Shown here piece after piece: positions 13,601 to 26,560 of a DNA stretch of 64,000 nucleotides. The DNA is from Pecten maximus. Lineage: Eukaryota. The DNA lies in the NCBI RefSeq assembly GCF_902652985.1, contig NC_047025.1, positions 24,614,001 through 24,678,000 of the forward strand. The letters are read 5' to 3'. Position 1 is the first letter of the stretch; every line of letters begins with the position of its first letter. The notes beneath the pieces were generated by a model. The model searched no databases. It was given only the letters and a program-made list of their open reading frames with translations, and had not been told where the DNA came from. A program made the position numbers and the translations under genes.

Positions 13601-16600
13601 GTGGGAAGAACAAGGTTAAAAGGTAGGACTAACAACTCCTAGTGGGAAGAACAAGGTTAAAAGGTAGGACTAACAACTCCTAGTGGGAAGTATGAGGTTA
13701 AAAGGTAGGACTAACAACTCCTAGTGGGAAGTATGAGGTTAAAAGGTAGGGCTAACAACTCCTAGTGGGAAGTATGAGGTTAAAAGGTAGGGCTAACAAC
13801 TCCTAGTGGGAAGTATGAGGTTAAAAGGTAGGGCTAACAACTCCTAGTGGGAAGTATGAGGTTAAAAGGTAGGGCTAACAACTCCTATTGGGAAGTATGA
13901 GGTTAAAAGGTAGGACTAACAACTCCTATTGGGAAGTATGAGGTTAAAAGGTAGGACTAACAAATCCTAGTGGGAAGTATGAGGTTAAAAGGTAGGGCTA
14001 ACAACACTCCTAGTGGGAAGAACAATTTAAAGGCATCATTATTGAAAAATAATTAAATTGTAATGATTAGATGTGGCATCACCTATAATTTGCATGTCCA
14101 TAATCTTTAGGTCAAGGTCACAGTATACCCTATAGCTGAAACAATGCTCTCCAATAAATCGGGACATTGAGTGATTCTCTGTGTTGGGCTGACCGGTTCT
14201 ATATATATATTACCTCGATTTTTAGTGAGATGTTGTGTATACACCTGTATCCACGGCAGATTAGTCTTGATTGCTACAACTCTCTACCTTCCGGGACGTT
14301 AAGTTTCTTCTCAAAATTTTAACGCAATATTGGGAAAATTGGGATAACCTTGGACAGCAAACCAACCGATAAATCTTAGAAAATCCCACTTTTCTTTTTA
14401 TATCAGGATTTTCTAGGAACAAGACAACTTGTGTAGACTAGAACAGTGTGTAATTATAATAAATGGTAAAATGTTGTGGTTGACAGGTTTCAGAACCTGG
14501 AAGTGCATGCCCTACTTTGTATAAATAACCTGGTCAGCTCCATGGAGCTTGAAGCCTTAGGAGGTCTGGACAACCTTCATACTGTGTGGCAAGGGCTAGT
14601 ACAGCTGACTGCTACCAAACATGGTGAGTACTGACCTTGGCCTGGGAACCTTAGCTTAGCCTTCTGTGAATTCTAAAAGCAGTGATTTCCTTTAATGTAG
14701 AGTTTATTTTAGAAAAAAAATTCTTCCAGTAGACTTAGATGGTTCATGAAACCAAAGGTTGTGGTACACATCGCAGAGATAAATCTTATTTTCTAATGCT
14801 TCAAGATAACTCAATTTTTCTGAAGGTTAACAAGTATTGACAAGGTTGATATAGATTATATATAATTTTGTTCAATGATGATGAGTTTCCATCTTTGCTG
14901 AATAGAATCCTCTGTATTTTGCCATTCCATAATGATTATTGAATCTGTATTTTAAGGACATGAGAAGCTTTTTTCTGGAGACAAGTATGATATAATCACT
15001 GTACGACATGTCAGACCTACCTCAGTGTTCAAACTGCACTACAACACAGGGAGATTAGAACACAAGGCATCGCAACAATTTATTCACAACATAATGAAGA
15101 ATGCAGATATCTGAAGGAGATTTACATATCATTTAAAATGATTGACTGAGACACCACAAACCATATTGAAATATAATCTGTAGCCATCTTGACCAGAATT
15201 ATTTGTCCCTGTCCTTTGAATGATCATAAAACTATGTACATATGATTTGTAGACGGAGATCGTAAAGATCTTTTGGAAGCTGTTACCAGTGCTATGCGAG
15301 CCGTTATACAGAAGCTGGCTGAGAATGAATCTTCAAAGGTACAGTATTTTTGTAAAACAGTAACATAAAGAATTAGACCTTGTCATCATAAATTATGTAC
15401 ATTATATATAATAACTCCTACTAGTGGACTACAGATGTATACTTACATTATCAAATAGTTACACAAGTTACCTCCCTTTTGACATTTTATTGGTCATTGA
15501 ATAATGTCTTGTTTATTGCTCATGGTGAAGTGTGGGTACTAATTAAAATGTGTATGTCCAAATTGGTTCTGAACAACAGATTTCCATAATCCTGTATATG
15601 TATTTTTACGATTAACAAACTACTTGTTTGGATATAAGTCTAAGACCTATTTCTTCCAGTGTTGAATTTGTTATTGGAGCATACTTTGTTGTTTGTTGAC
15701 AGCTGTTAGAGGTGACGGAGCAGGACTTACAGTTTCTGTACGAGATGGGACAACATGGCACCAGTCCAGATATCCGGGTCAATGCAGTAAGAATCGTAGC
15801 CACATTTGGGGCCCACTTTGCCAAAAACAAGGAGCCACACCCCATGCTAATGGTATGTTAATATTGTATAAACAGATCTAAAAGATTAAAAACCTGAAAA
15901 AAATCCACAAATATGAAACAAGTTCTAGAATACCTCTATGTATCACTCTAGTTGGCTCGTATGTAAATATATAGACAGGGGTCATAATGTGGAAATACTG
16001 GGTACTTCAAAATTGGCAGACTAGCATTTTCCAATCTATCTTTCTTTTTAAGTATCAAAAAGCAAAACAGTTATATTGTAACAAAACTTGGGTGTGTTTT
16101 AGTTGAAAATTTGGTCCTATAGCTGACGTAAAGATTGAAATTCTAATTCAGGCCTTGTTAGCATAGACTTTAAACAACTTGTACTATTTAACCAGAACTT
16201 GGGCATGTTCCTGCTGGAGGTGGCGTGTCGAGACGGTGAACTTTGGGTTGTAGCTGAATCCCTGGATGCCATCTTTGATGTGTTTGGAGAGGATCACCTC
16301 AATAATATTCTGTCTGAGATCCGACTCCTGGACAGACTACGACAGCTCCTACCCGTGCTCAAATCTAAGGTAGATAACTCCTTTCAACGTCTCTTTATAC
16401 AATAAAACTTCCTTACACTTGTTTTGTGTGTAATAAAACATGTTGTATGGGGTTTTAAAGCTTGTACCAATGTGGATATTTGTACAATTTGGGTAATTTC
16501 TAGACTTTGTATATACATACCACTTGAGACTACTGCTACACACTGAAATATGGCATTGTCCCCAACCATAAAGAGTTATGGCCCTTTATCATCATTTTCT

Positions 16601-17130
16601 CAAGAACTTTCTTCAAAAGGAAATAGTTTTGATTATTGGCAATTAGCTGCGTTGTTTTAAAAAAAAAAACTCTTTTGGAGAATGCTGGCATCGGCCATCA
16701 TCCTATACAATGGAAAATTTTAGCCCTTGTCAGTATATGCTATGTTTGCTTTACAATTTGGAATGAATTTAATATAACAGGACAATTTAAAACATCAGCT
16801 GTCCTGAAATGACCATAGCTGTTGATAAGACATTAAACAATAAGAATACTAAATCATCATTATTTTGTAGAACCATTCTTTGATGACTGTCACCATTTTA
16901 GCTACTCCTTAAATCCATTGTTCTGTATGGGAGTCCTAACTGTATGAGATATATTTATCAGGATCTTATCACATTTGAGGAGAGATTTACCTGTATATTT
17001 TACCAATGAGGTAATTATTTATTTGTTACAGATGAAGACTAATAGGAAAGACTTAGGGGAACATCTACCTGTGATTTCAACTGCCAAAACTAATCTCATA
17101 CGCTTCATAAAGTACAAGTCCTCTCTGTGA
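1609..17130 (+). CDS. HEATR3: HEAT repeat-containing protein 3 (HEATR3/Syo1-like ribosomal protein import adaptor), spliced; N-terminal exons partly missing in gap
   Basis: Exons with GT-AG boundaries and consistent phases: 1609-1755, [gap], 4315-4454, 4922-4987, 5339-5432, 5947-6035, 6416-6478, 9269-9348, 14487-14623, 15253-15338, 15703-15852, 16196-16369, 17032-17130 (TGA). Peptides MGKSKAKKFK, AQMIALEIAANLCC, WEDMDSSESD, LFSPLCVSSEI, LLEAVTSAMRAVIQ, IRVNAVRI, FLLEVA..VVAESLDAIFDVF and KTNLIRFIKY match human HEATR3 as recalled, in order. Confidence 0.93.
2205..2704. other. Assembly gap (500 N placeholder) hiding HEATR3 exons
   Basis: Exactly 500 N. Roughly 200 aa of HEATR3 between LVEK and LLKTLATG are missing, which is more coding sequence than 500 nt can hold. 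Confidence 0.9.
2705..4038 (+). repeat. 36-bp minisatellite (~37 copies) containing a HEATR3 exon end and 5' splice site
   Basis: Unit ACTTAAAACACTGGCCACAG|GTGAGGGAYATATCTT, reading LKTLATGEGHIL. LLKTLAT-G joins in phase 1 to the exon at 4315 (GVLVNVK). Confidence 0.92.
5083..5263. repeat. 35-bp intronic minisatellite (~5 copies)
   Basis: Unit CCCAACTACCGTTATTTTGTTGGGTATAGGTATGT, with an internal CCCAAC/GTTGGG inverted repeat. Confidence 0.9.
6802..8503. repeat. 11-bp intronic minisatellite (~155 copies)
   Basis: Variants AGTATAACAGC, AGTATAACAGT and AGTATAATGGC. Confidence 0.95.
9340..14025 (+). repeat. 41-bp minisatellite (~114 copies) starting in a HEATR3 exon end and duplicating its donor
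   Basis: Unit GGTTAAAAG|GTAGGACTAACAACTCCTAGTGGGAAGTATGA, with a variant ending GAAGAACAA. The first copy overlaps exon 9269-9348. Confidence 0.96.
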
Positions 17131-18470
17131 TGTCCTAGATGAGATATTGTACCGGTCCTGTGTGGTGTCCTCGGATACAGGTCCTCTCTGTGATGTCCTA
17201 GATGAGATATATTGTACCAGTCCTGTGTGGTGTCCTCGGATACAGGTCCTCTCTGTGATGTCCTAGATGAGATATTGTACCGGTCCTGTGTGATGTCCTC
17301 GGATACAAGTCCTCTCTGGGACATTCTAGATGAGATATTGTACCGGTCACATGTGATGTTCTCAGATACAGGTCCTCTCTGTGATGTCCTAGATGAGATA
17401 TTGTACCAGTCCTGTGTGGTGTCCTCAGATACAGGTCCTCTCTGTGATGTCCTAGATGAGATATTGTACCGGTCACATGTGATGTCCTCAGATACAGGTC
17501 CTCTCTGTGATGTCCTCGGATACAGGTCCTCTCTGTGATGTCCTCGGATACAGGTCCTCTCTGTGATGTCCTCGGATACAGGTCCTCTCTGTGATGTCCT
17601 CGGATACAGGTCCTCTCTGTGATGTCCTCGGATACAGGTCCTCTCTGTGATGTCCTCGGATACAGGTCCTCTCTGTGATGTCCTCGGATACAGGTCCTCT
17701 CTGTGATGTCCTCGGATACAGGTCCTCTCTGTGATGTCCTCGGATACAGGTCCTCTCTGTGATGTCCTCGGATACAGGTCCTCTCTGTGATGTCCTCGGA
17801 TACAGGTCCTCTCTGTGATGTCCTCGGATACAGGTCCTCTGTGTGATGTCCTCGGATACAGGTCCTCTCTGTGATGTCCTCGGATACAGGTCCTCTCTGT
17901 GATGTCCTCGGATACAGGTCCTCTCTGTGATGTCCTCGGATACAGGTCCTCTCTGTGATGTCCTCGGATACAGGTCCTCTCTGTGATGTCCTCGGATACA
18001 GGTCCTCTCTGTGATGTCCTCGGATACAGGTCCTCTGTGTGATGTCCTCGGATACAGGTCCTCTCTGTGATGTCCTCGGATACAGGTCCTCTCTGTGATG
18101 TCCTCAGATACAGGTCCTCTCTGTGATGTCCTCGGATACAGGTCCTCTCTGTGATGTCCTCGGATACAGGTCCTCTGTGTGATGTCCTCGGATACAGGTC
18201 CTCTCTGTGATGTCCTCGGATACAGGTCCTCTCTGTGATGTCCTCGGATACAGGTCCTCTCTGTGATGTCCTCAGATACAGGTCCTCTCTGTGATGTCCT
18301 CAGATACAGGTCCTCTCTGTGATGTCCTCGGATACAGGTCCTCTCTGTGATGTCCTCGGATACAGGTCCTCTCTGTGATGTCCTCGGATACAGGTCCTCT
18401 CTGTGATGTCCTCGGATGCAGGTCCTCTCTGGGATGTCCTCGGATACAGGTCCTCTCTGGGACATTCTAG
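17113..18470 (+). repeat. Compound 63-bp then 28-bp minisatellite starting at the last codons and stop of HEATR3
   Basis: The gene ends TACAAGTCCTCTCTGTGA. The 28-bp unit is TACAGGTCCTCTCTGTGATGTCCTCGGA. About six longer units with an extra AGATGAGATATTGTACC segment precede the 28-bp run. Confidence 0.95.
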
Positions 18471-19232
18471 AGGACATCATTTGTATAAGTCATCAACAAC
18501 CCTGCTGTAATTGTCAATTCTTTATATGATAAACCTAAAAACAAACTTTAAGAACCTGGTGCTGCAGATTTTAATTGAATTCGTTCTCTGTTAGCAGTTA
18601 TGTTTTAGGTGTGGTGTAATAAGGATATAGAGAGTTTTTAACAGTGGTGAGATCATCTCGGGGGGGGGGGGGGGGGGGGGCTTGATCTTTTGATGTGGTT
18701 TGTTCCCAGATTGATGACTTTTTTATCAGGTATTTAAATTTTTGCCATTTCCCATCCCTCATGTCTGTGAAGCCAATTAAACTTGCACACTATTTCCTGT
18801 TTTGTAGAAAGTATTTAAAAAAGAAAGATGAATTGATTTAGAAAGGAATTATGGGGTTAGGTTTTTGTTATGTTCAGGGTTGTAAAACTTGAATAATACT
18901 TTGAAAAGTTAGACTTAAGTTTGTGGATCTTTTTAGTTTTCAGAATGAAACTTGGATCTGATGTCAGGACCATCTTCGTTCTAGATCTGTTACAGTGTCA
19001 TTGAGTTACTTTGTTTCTTATAACTTTGTATAAAACAATGTCATTGTAACATCTTATAGATATCAGTTTTGAAATTGTTAGGAAATATACACATATAAAA
19101 GAATCATTGTTTTAAAATATATTTGGTTGAAGGTAGATTTTTTTTTATTTGTGCAAATTAAATTTTCTTTAGTTAGCAATATTTTGTTATGTTATGATGG
19201 TATTATATTTGAATTCATTATTGAGTTAAAAG

Positions 19233-19238
19233 AATAAA
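19233..19238 (+). terminator. Candidate polyadenylation signal for HEATR3
   Basis: AATAAA downstream of the stop codon in T-rich sequence. Not verifiable without transcripts. Confidence 0.25.
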
Positions 19239-22200
19239 GCTAATTTGATGGTATGAAATATTTTATAATCATTAAAATATTTTTAATTCACAGTGAATAT
19301 TTGTTGTTATTTTGCTTAGTTAATGTTTTAGAGAATTTCATTGATAAGGTAGGCCCATATGACTTAATGAAAAGCAAATCATAATGATAGAACTAGTCTC
19401 CCTACATAAGAGAGGTTCTGCTGCCATTTTCTCTTTGCTTGTGAAAGAGGATGTGGATAAATTCACTTTGATTGTGGTGAAATAAAACTTTGACTCATTC
19501 CAAAAGAGAAAAGAAGAGAAATACCTTCAGTTTGACTAGTGGAAGGTCTTTTCTTGTAGTAAACTGCGAAAAAGAAGTTGTTGACTTTGAATTTTGACAA
19601 AGGAAGGAATTGACTCCAAACAAAAGATGAATGCTTTTAATCAGAATGACAGATATCAAACAAGGAAAATTGGGGGAAAAGAAGATGACCTGATTTGAAT
19701 TTGATTGTCAGGGAAGACGACTCCTTGATAGACAGATATCAAACGTGACAATTATGGGAAAGAAGACATTGGATTTCAATGTAGTGAAACGAGCAAAGTG
19801 GAAAGCTGTTAGTTTTGGATTGTGAATAAAAAAACTCCTTGACTTGTAGTTAAAGGAAAGAAGAGGTTTAGATGACTTGTGTCAAAAGTGTCATTGCTAA
19901 TTGTGAAAGGTGAATAAGATCTTCATTGGATTGTTAACAAAAGAAGCCCTCAATGACTAATTACATCATGGGTTTTTAATTGTTAAGTCAGATGGATTAA
20001 TTTATTGATTCCTAACAAAGAAGGAAAGGGGCCAGGGAGGGATAGACTTCAAATGGAATGTGTTGAAAGGAGAAGGCTTTGACTCTTTGTAAAGGGAAAA
20101 GAGGATGTTTTCCTTGCATTTGATCCAACGAAGGTATTGACTCATAGTAGGGAAAACGGGAAGATTCAGTAGAGTTAATTAAATAGTACATTGTGTTGAA
20201 TGAAGATCTTGTTACTTAGCAGAATGGAGTAGAACAGAAGACATTTACCTAGTTTATTGTTTAAACGACCACATTAAGGTGATGGGGATACCTTTTATTG
20301 GCATCGCTCATGATAATGTAATAATAAGATGTCACCATGATCGCCAAAGTTAACAAATAAGTTTCGATAGTAAGCAATATATTGATTAATATGTAGTTGG
20401 TTTTAAAAAGATGCCTTAACTGCATACAGTTAGTTTATCCATCACATTCTGTTCAATGTACAACGACACATCTGAAGTGCTTTTAATTGATTACTTTATT
20501 TACATTATTTACCACTTAACTGGTCATTTATGTAATAAATAAGGTGATATAAATAGCCTGAGAGACATGTAACAACACTATAACGATCGATGTCGTCAAT
20601 AATGTATTACGTCACACGATTGTTTGGAGAGAAAGGCATACTGTCCGAGGGGTCGGAAATGACCTGTTTTATATAGAAGGAGTTCATGAGATACTCGACA
20701 TATGAAATCTTATTAACTTCTCCAATAATTTAATTTTTCAAATGATTGATCCCGTGTAATCAATTTCATGACGTACAATGTAGCCGCCGACCTCGTCCAA
20801 CTTTAAGCCTATTATCAATATTCATTATTAATATGAAAATTGTCTGATTACAGTAAAATAATATTAAGAAAGCTGAAAAAAAGACGATTTGCCTTCACGA
20901 GACGTACACAATTTTGAGTAATTCCGTGTATCAAATAAAACATTTATTTACAAAGTTCACACACATACTCTTAAACTAAGATAAAGTGCTATCAATTACT
21001 TTCACTGTATACTTCTAAAATCTTATTTGAATAGGTAATTTCATTGTCAGCATTTTTGGTCGGGTTAAGCAATCATCAAGAGATAAAGGAGAAACGCTAC
21101 CACAAATTGCGAACTCGTGTCAATACACACAAGCCTGTGGTATTTGAAATAACATTAGGAAAACCACAAACAAGGCAATTCTAATTTACATAGTCCCGTC
21201 ACTACCGAGGTTTATCGTCCGGTGATAAAATACTCCAGGGTGACATTATAGAACGGGGTTATGATACTGGGAATGATCTGTCCAACGTGTTACAAAACAT
21301 TTTGCTTACCAGAGAAATGTTTTTGTAGCACGTAGGCTCAGTTTATACATTTTTGTTTGACATGATGTGTGCAAAATATTTTGCTCGCCCATTATAAAAT
21401 TCAGTGTGTATATCGACCCGTATCAATTAGTGGCATGCAGGCTTCTGGAACACTTTAAAAGAAATACCTGAATACAAAGAATATATGTATATTATATATG
21501 TGCCGAATAATGAATGTAAAATACATTTCGCAGCGTCTAGAGCTCTTTTGTCGTTATATGAACCAGTGATAGCGCTGAAGTCCAGAGGCATTGTTAGAAA
21601 CAAATGAAAACGACCAATAATTATATATTTTCCTAATCGTTCTTCTACTAATTGGCACTGGTTGAGTCTATCAACCATTTACTTATACAGAATTGATGGG
21701 ACATTACGTATCATTAACCAAAGACATTTACCGAAAACAATTATTACAAAGGGTTTGTAATACAGGTATTTGTTGATTTTTCTATAAAAATGCTTCTTTT
21801 TATGGTTCACATATATGTATAAAATATAACACCGTAAGCAAAAAAGTAAGAGGCAATCCGAAGCCGTAGTCTAGTTACCGGGATTTGTCCTGACTCTCGA
21901 CCCCAGATAAATACCAGCGGTTGACCCTATCGCCTGCCTCCACGGAGACCTGTTGCCGGGAAATGGCTAGAAATTAACACTAGAAAACTAACACACATCC
22001 AGAGGATACATTTGTAGTTTTGTGTCATCAGATTTTCCTCCTAAAGCTAGGAACGGTGGATTGTGTCAGTCCAATGGCTATATAACAAAGACTAATCTTT
22101 TCAAGAACCATTATTCTATCTTATTTGAAAAGCTTTATCTGTTTGGCTTCCTTAGATTAAATAATTATGTTTTTATAGTTTGTAGAATGTAAGACTGGCT

Positions 22201-22270
22201 TTGTTTTGTGTCCCTAATAGGCACACATCGCTTCGCTTTTGTTGCGATTAAGAACATTTAATAAATCTTT

Positions 22271-22618
22271 TACGATGGCTGATTGATATGTTGTGAGCCT
22301 CGTATTGAAGGAGGTACTCCAGCATGTTCTTTTTAAGTCCTACTATTCTCTGACTATATAGGGCCCTGTACCCAAGGACTGGTCTCATTTAGTTAGCTTA
22401 TATAGACGAGGTATCACTCTAAGGTAAACAAGACAAGCGGCATTTGCAAAATGGACAAAATCAGTGAAAGAGCAATATTTGCATAATTGTGAAACACTGC
22501 TGGCAGAAGTGTATAGATATCGATACTGAAGGGGATTATGTTGAAAAATAATACAATATGTCCGACAAAATTCAAATATTTCAATATGAGGCTCACAACA
22601 TATCAATCAGCCCTCGCA
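22271..22618. mobile_element. MITE-like element with ~40-bp terminal inverted repeats (mariner-type termini)
   Basis: GGCTGATTGATATGTTGTGAGCCTCGTATTGAA (22277-22309) versus TTCAATATGAGGCTCACAACATATCAATCAGCC (22580-22612) matches at 32/33 as an inverted repeat. The ends resemble TA-CGAGGG. Confidence 0.7.
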
Positions 22619-25600
22619 AAATGCATGAACTGTATATCATTAGCAACACATTTTACTTCGAAGTTCATATCGGCATAAATAAATTTAGTTTCCAGCATTT
22701 TCTAATCAATATCATCCATGCAGGTCTCGTCAAAGAATCAAACGCTGTTTGTTTTATACTTTTTTAAAGGTTTTGTCAAGTTTTCTAAATAGCTGTCATC
22801 TATAAGATATGGTTTCTCATAATTTTTCCATAATTTTACTTATTTTAACCCAATTTTCTTGACTAAGACCTATGGTAATCGAACTATTTTTGTAGCAATT
22901 TGTTTTTTATCAGCTTTTATCAAGAATGACAGATGTATGCTAATGTTTAATATTCTTTATTATTCGGAATATAACTAATACTAAATATTGAAACTATTTA
23001 CTAGTGATTATTACTTTTTACAATACTAACGTTAAATACATATCTCTTATGACGGATACAATTTATAAAATTGTACATACATGTACTGACAGAGAAGACC
23101 AATTATTCTCGTGCAAATTATATTATTTGGAATCAATGACAATAGATGCAGCCTTGTTTAGATAGTGATAATAAAAGCCATATCGAAAAATTAAGATTGA
23201 CAGAGTTCCACTGGGATGTGTTTGTCTCCCAGGTTAGCCTACTATATATGGGACCGCGGAGATCAGATAAATCCCGATCTCATCGATCTCTTTAACCGAC
23301 ATTTAAATCCTCAATTTTGTGATAAGCCCGTGTATTAAATTATCCTTCCTGTGGTGCCTATCTATTGTAGTATAATAATACATTTCATAAAGAACAGATA
23401 GTATACGTACAGTGTATTTATATATTTATGACACGGAGAGTTGATCTTTTTGACGATATCAGTTCTCGCTATCACGAAACTGTAATTTACATTTACAATA
23501 TGACATGGCTCCACCTGTAAGAGTTTCAAATGTCTGTCTATTTGTTTTAAAATTCCTTATGGTGTATTGGTAGCGTGCTTGTTTGGCCTGTAACCAGTTT
23601 AGTTATTTGTGATATGATCGTTTTATGATACGTGCTAAAATATATAAAACATTTACTCTCTGATTGTTATAAGATTTCGCAAGTTAATCTCATAGGTCCT
23701 GCTAGGATATTGTAAATACTGTAATAAGATATGAATATATATCAATATAAACAAACTGTTATTACATTTTTACTAGTAAAACATCAAACTAATAAAATCG
23801 TATCACTGCTTTTAACATTACTAATGATGCTATAATATTTGCTGTTGACCAATCAGAAGGGCTCTTTCTATGCACCGGACTGAAACCGGCTGATTTATAT
23901 TGTCACATGCAATTGAAATGAAGGTAAAATTAAAAAAAAAGGGGGTTTTTGCCGTACATTTCTTTCAGGAATGGCGATTTTTTTTATAAAATACATCTAC
24001 CTATTCCGTGTAACGACAGAAAACGCTGAAATTGTGTTATATTTTTTTTATGTATATTTGAAATTGGATGAATAGTAAATTTAATGGTTTCCCTTTAACT
24101 TTCATATAAATTCCATTCGTAATCGGAGTTTTCAAAATGTTTCGGTTACCTATAGCGACGTTAGCGGACAGGTTTTCAAAGGACGGATGAGAGCCCAAGC
24201 AGCTACGTCTGCCGAGCTAAGGTTTTATTTTCTGATATGATTAGAAGGTAAGCTTAGCTTTCCAAGATTTCAAGATTTTATTTTCACTCAGACACACATA
24301 ATAGTGTATAACAAGAGGTCAGACATTTTCAACAGAATGGATGCATTCCAAGAGTTCCATAAAGCCCTGTTATGACGTCGACGGTCCGTTGAGTAAACAC
24401 AGTGGACCTGGCTTTCCCCAAGCACTGATGGGATAACCAGAGGGATTAGCTGGCCGGATTTTTCTAGGTGTTATTTAGCACCCGACGAGCGAGTTGGTGT
24501 AATAATTGGTGGTAGTCCTACACAGTATATCAGAAAACGCCCACCAATTTAACGCTTGCACACAATCTCATCCAAATGGACGAAAGAAATTGGCGATAAA
24601 AAACCCCAAGATATTAGCATCTTATAGGCAAATAACGGTTATATACAATAGTGCAATAGAACCAGGAATGGATTAAATTGTTCATCCTTCTAGGCCTAAG
24701 TCGTCAGTGATGTTATGAGTATATAGTATAGAATTGATCGAAAAAGGTCAAAATATGGATCGCGAGGTGTAATATCACTACACTTAAATAAATTGCAATT
24801 TCCAATATTGGATTTGAAAAGAATGTCAAACTCATCAGTATATTCTTAACCGAACCATGACACTATTGTTATGACTCTGAAAGCACAAAACAAATCAAGT
24901 CTTAGAGTCAGCTTGGACTTTGAACTTGTTGTGCATTAAATAGGACGTGCATAGAACAAAAGAAGGCCAGAACAGGACACACGTGATATCTGATAAGCTA
25001 AATATATTTTTATCTGCACTTTATGGAACTTATTCAAGGCAAAATTACCACGCAGTGTTTCGAGGGCAACAGGTGGTTGCCTTTTAGAACAAAAGCGGGT
25101 TTATTCAAAATATATTTCAGCTACTGACCTAGTTAACACCGATAAAAGGACTTTATCATAGTTGTAATTTTTTTTTTTAATTTTCGAATGATAACTCTTT
25201 AGCTATCTTTTGATATTTGTGAAATGAGTATTGTAATGGAAATGGTATTTCACTACACGCTCTGTGATGTTTTAATTAGTTGTACAGGCCAGAATACCCC
25301 CAGGAAACTCGACCTTTCAGTTATACAAGTTTCCGCGATGACAAATTATTATACAATTCATATATTGAAGCATTTCATCTAAAATTAATAGGAAATATCA
25401 ATATCATTTTCTGTTTTTATTTTATGGTTGATGTTGACATTTTCGAATACGTAGTTATTCAATAATATAACTCCTTTCCTTTTCAGTATCAAACCAAGAT
25501 GTAAATGTTTGGGCAATTTGAAAATAGAATAAAACGAAATAAATTAAAACACGTGGCTCTGTGCTGGACGCTCAAACATCTTATCTCTTGAGGGCGTGAG

Positions 25601-25819
25601 GCAGTATTGACTGGCTACGCACAGACATTTATTCCGTTTATACACAATCGATGTATACCTACATACATAATCACATATGTACAACTGTATTTTGCCAACT
25701 AAGGAAGATTTATCGGTGGATGACAGGAAGATCTTCTGTCAGACTAATGATATGTTGTAATTTTTGTGAATTTCTCTTTAAAATGAGAAGAGGTTAGACA
25801 TTCGCTATATTAATATAAA

Positions 25820-26560
25820 TGTTTACCAAATGTTGAATCATCCCTAATTACAATACCAATACGTACCTTATCTGTTTACCAAATGTTGAATCACCCTAAT
25901 TACAATACCAATACGTACCTTATCTGTTTACCAAATGTTGAATCATCCCTAATTACAATACCAATACGTACCTTATCTGTTTACCAAATGTTGAATCATC
26001 CCTAATTACAATACCAATACATACCTTATCTGTTTACCAAATGTTGAATCACCCTAATTACAATACCAATACATACCTTATCTGTTTACCAAATGTTGAA
26101 TCATCCCTAATTACGACACCAATACGTACCTTATCTGTTTACCAAATGTTGAATCACCCTAATTACAATACCAATACGTACCTTATCTGTTTACCAAATG
26201 TTGAATCATCCCTAATTACAACACCAATACGTACCTTATCTGTTTACCAAATGTTGAATCATCCCTAATTATAATACCAATACGTACCTTATCTGTTTAC
26301 CAAATGTTGAATCACCCTAATTACAATACCAATACGTACCTTATCTGTTTACCAAATGTTGAATCACCCTAATTACAACACCAATACGTACCTTATCTGT
26401 TTACCAAATGTTGAATCACCCTAATTACGACACCAATACGTACCTTATCTGTTTACCAAATGTTGAATCATCCCTAATTACAATACCAATACGTACCTTA
26501 TCTGTTTACCAAATGTTGAATCATCCCTAATTACGACACCAATACGTACCTTATCTGTTT
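25820..26560. repeat. 52-53-bp minisatellite (~14 copies)
   Basis: Unit TGTTTACCAAATGTTGAATCA(T)CCCTAATTACAATACCAATACGTACCTTATC. Confidence 0.95.

Noticed and set aside
9340-14025. CRISPR-like appearance of regular repeats here and at 25820 and 29182
   Set aside because: Head-to-tail units without unique spacers, no cas genes, and a eukaryotic intron-exon context.
17019-18480. Minus-strand ORFs up to 330 aa (GHHREDLYPRTSQRGPVSEDIT)
   Set aside because: Translation of the 28/63-bp repeat, with no independent sign of a gene.
18660-18680. Poly-G run (and poly-C at ~44455-44478) as G-quadruplex signals
   Set aside because: Simple homopolymers that are common in such genomes and of unreliable length.
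24180-24253. Possible upstream non-coding exon of gene 2 (AAG|GTAAGC at 24248, acceptor near 27690)
   Set aside because: Only isolated splice-like motifs, which cannot be supported without transcript data.
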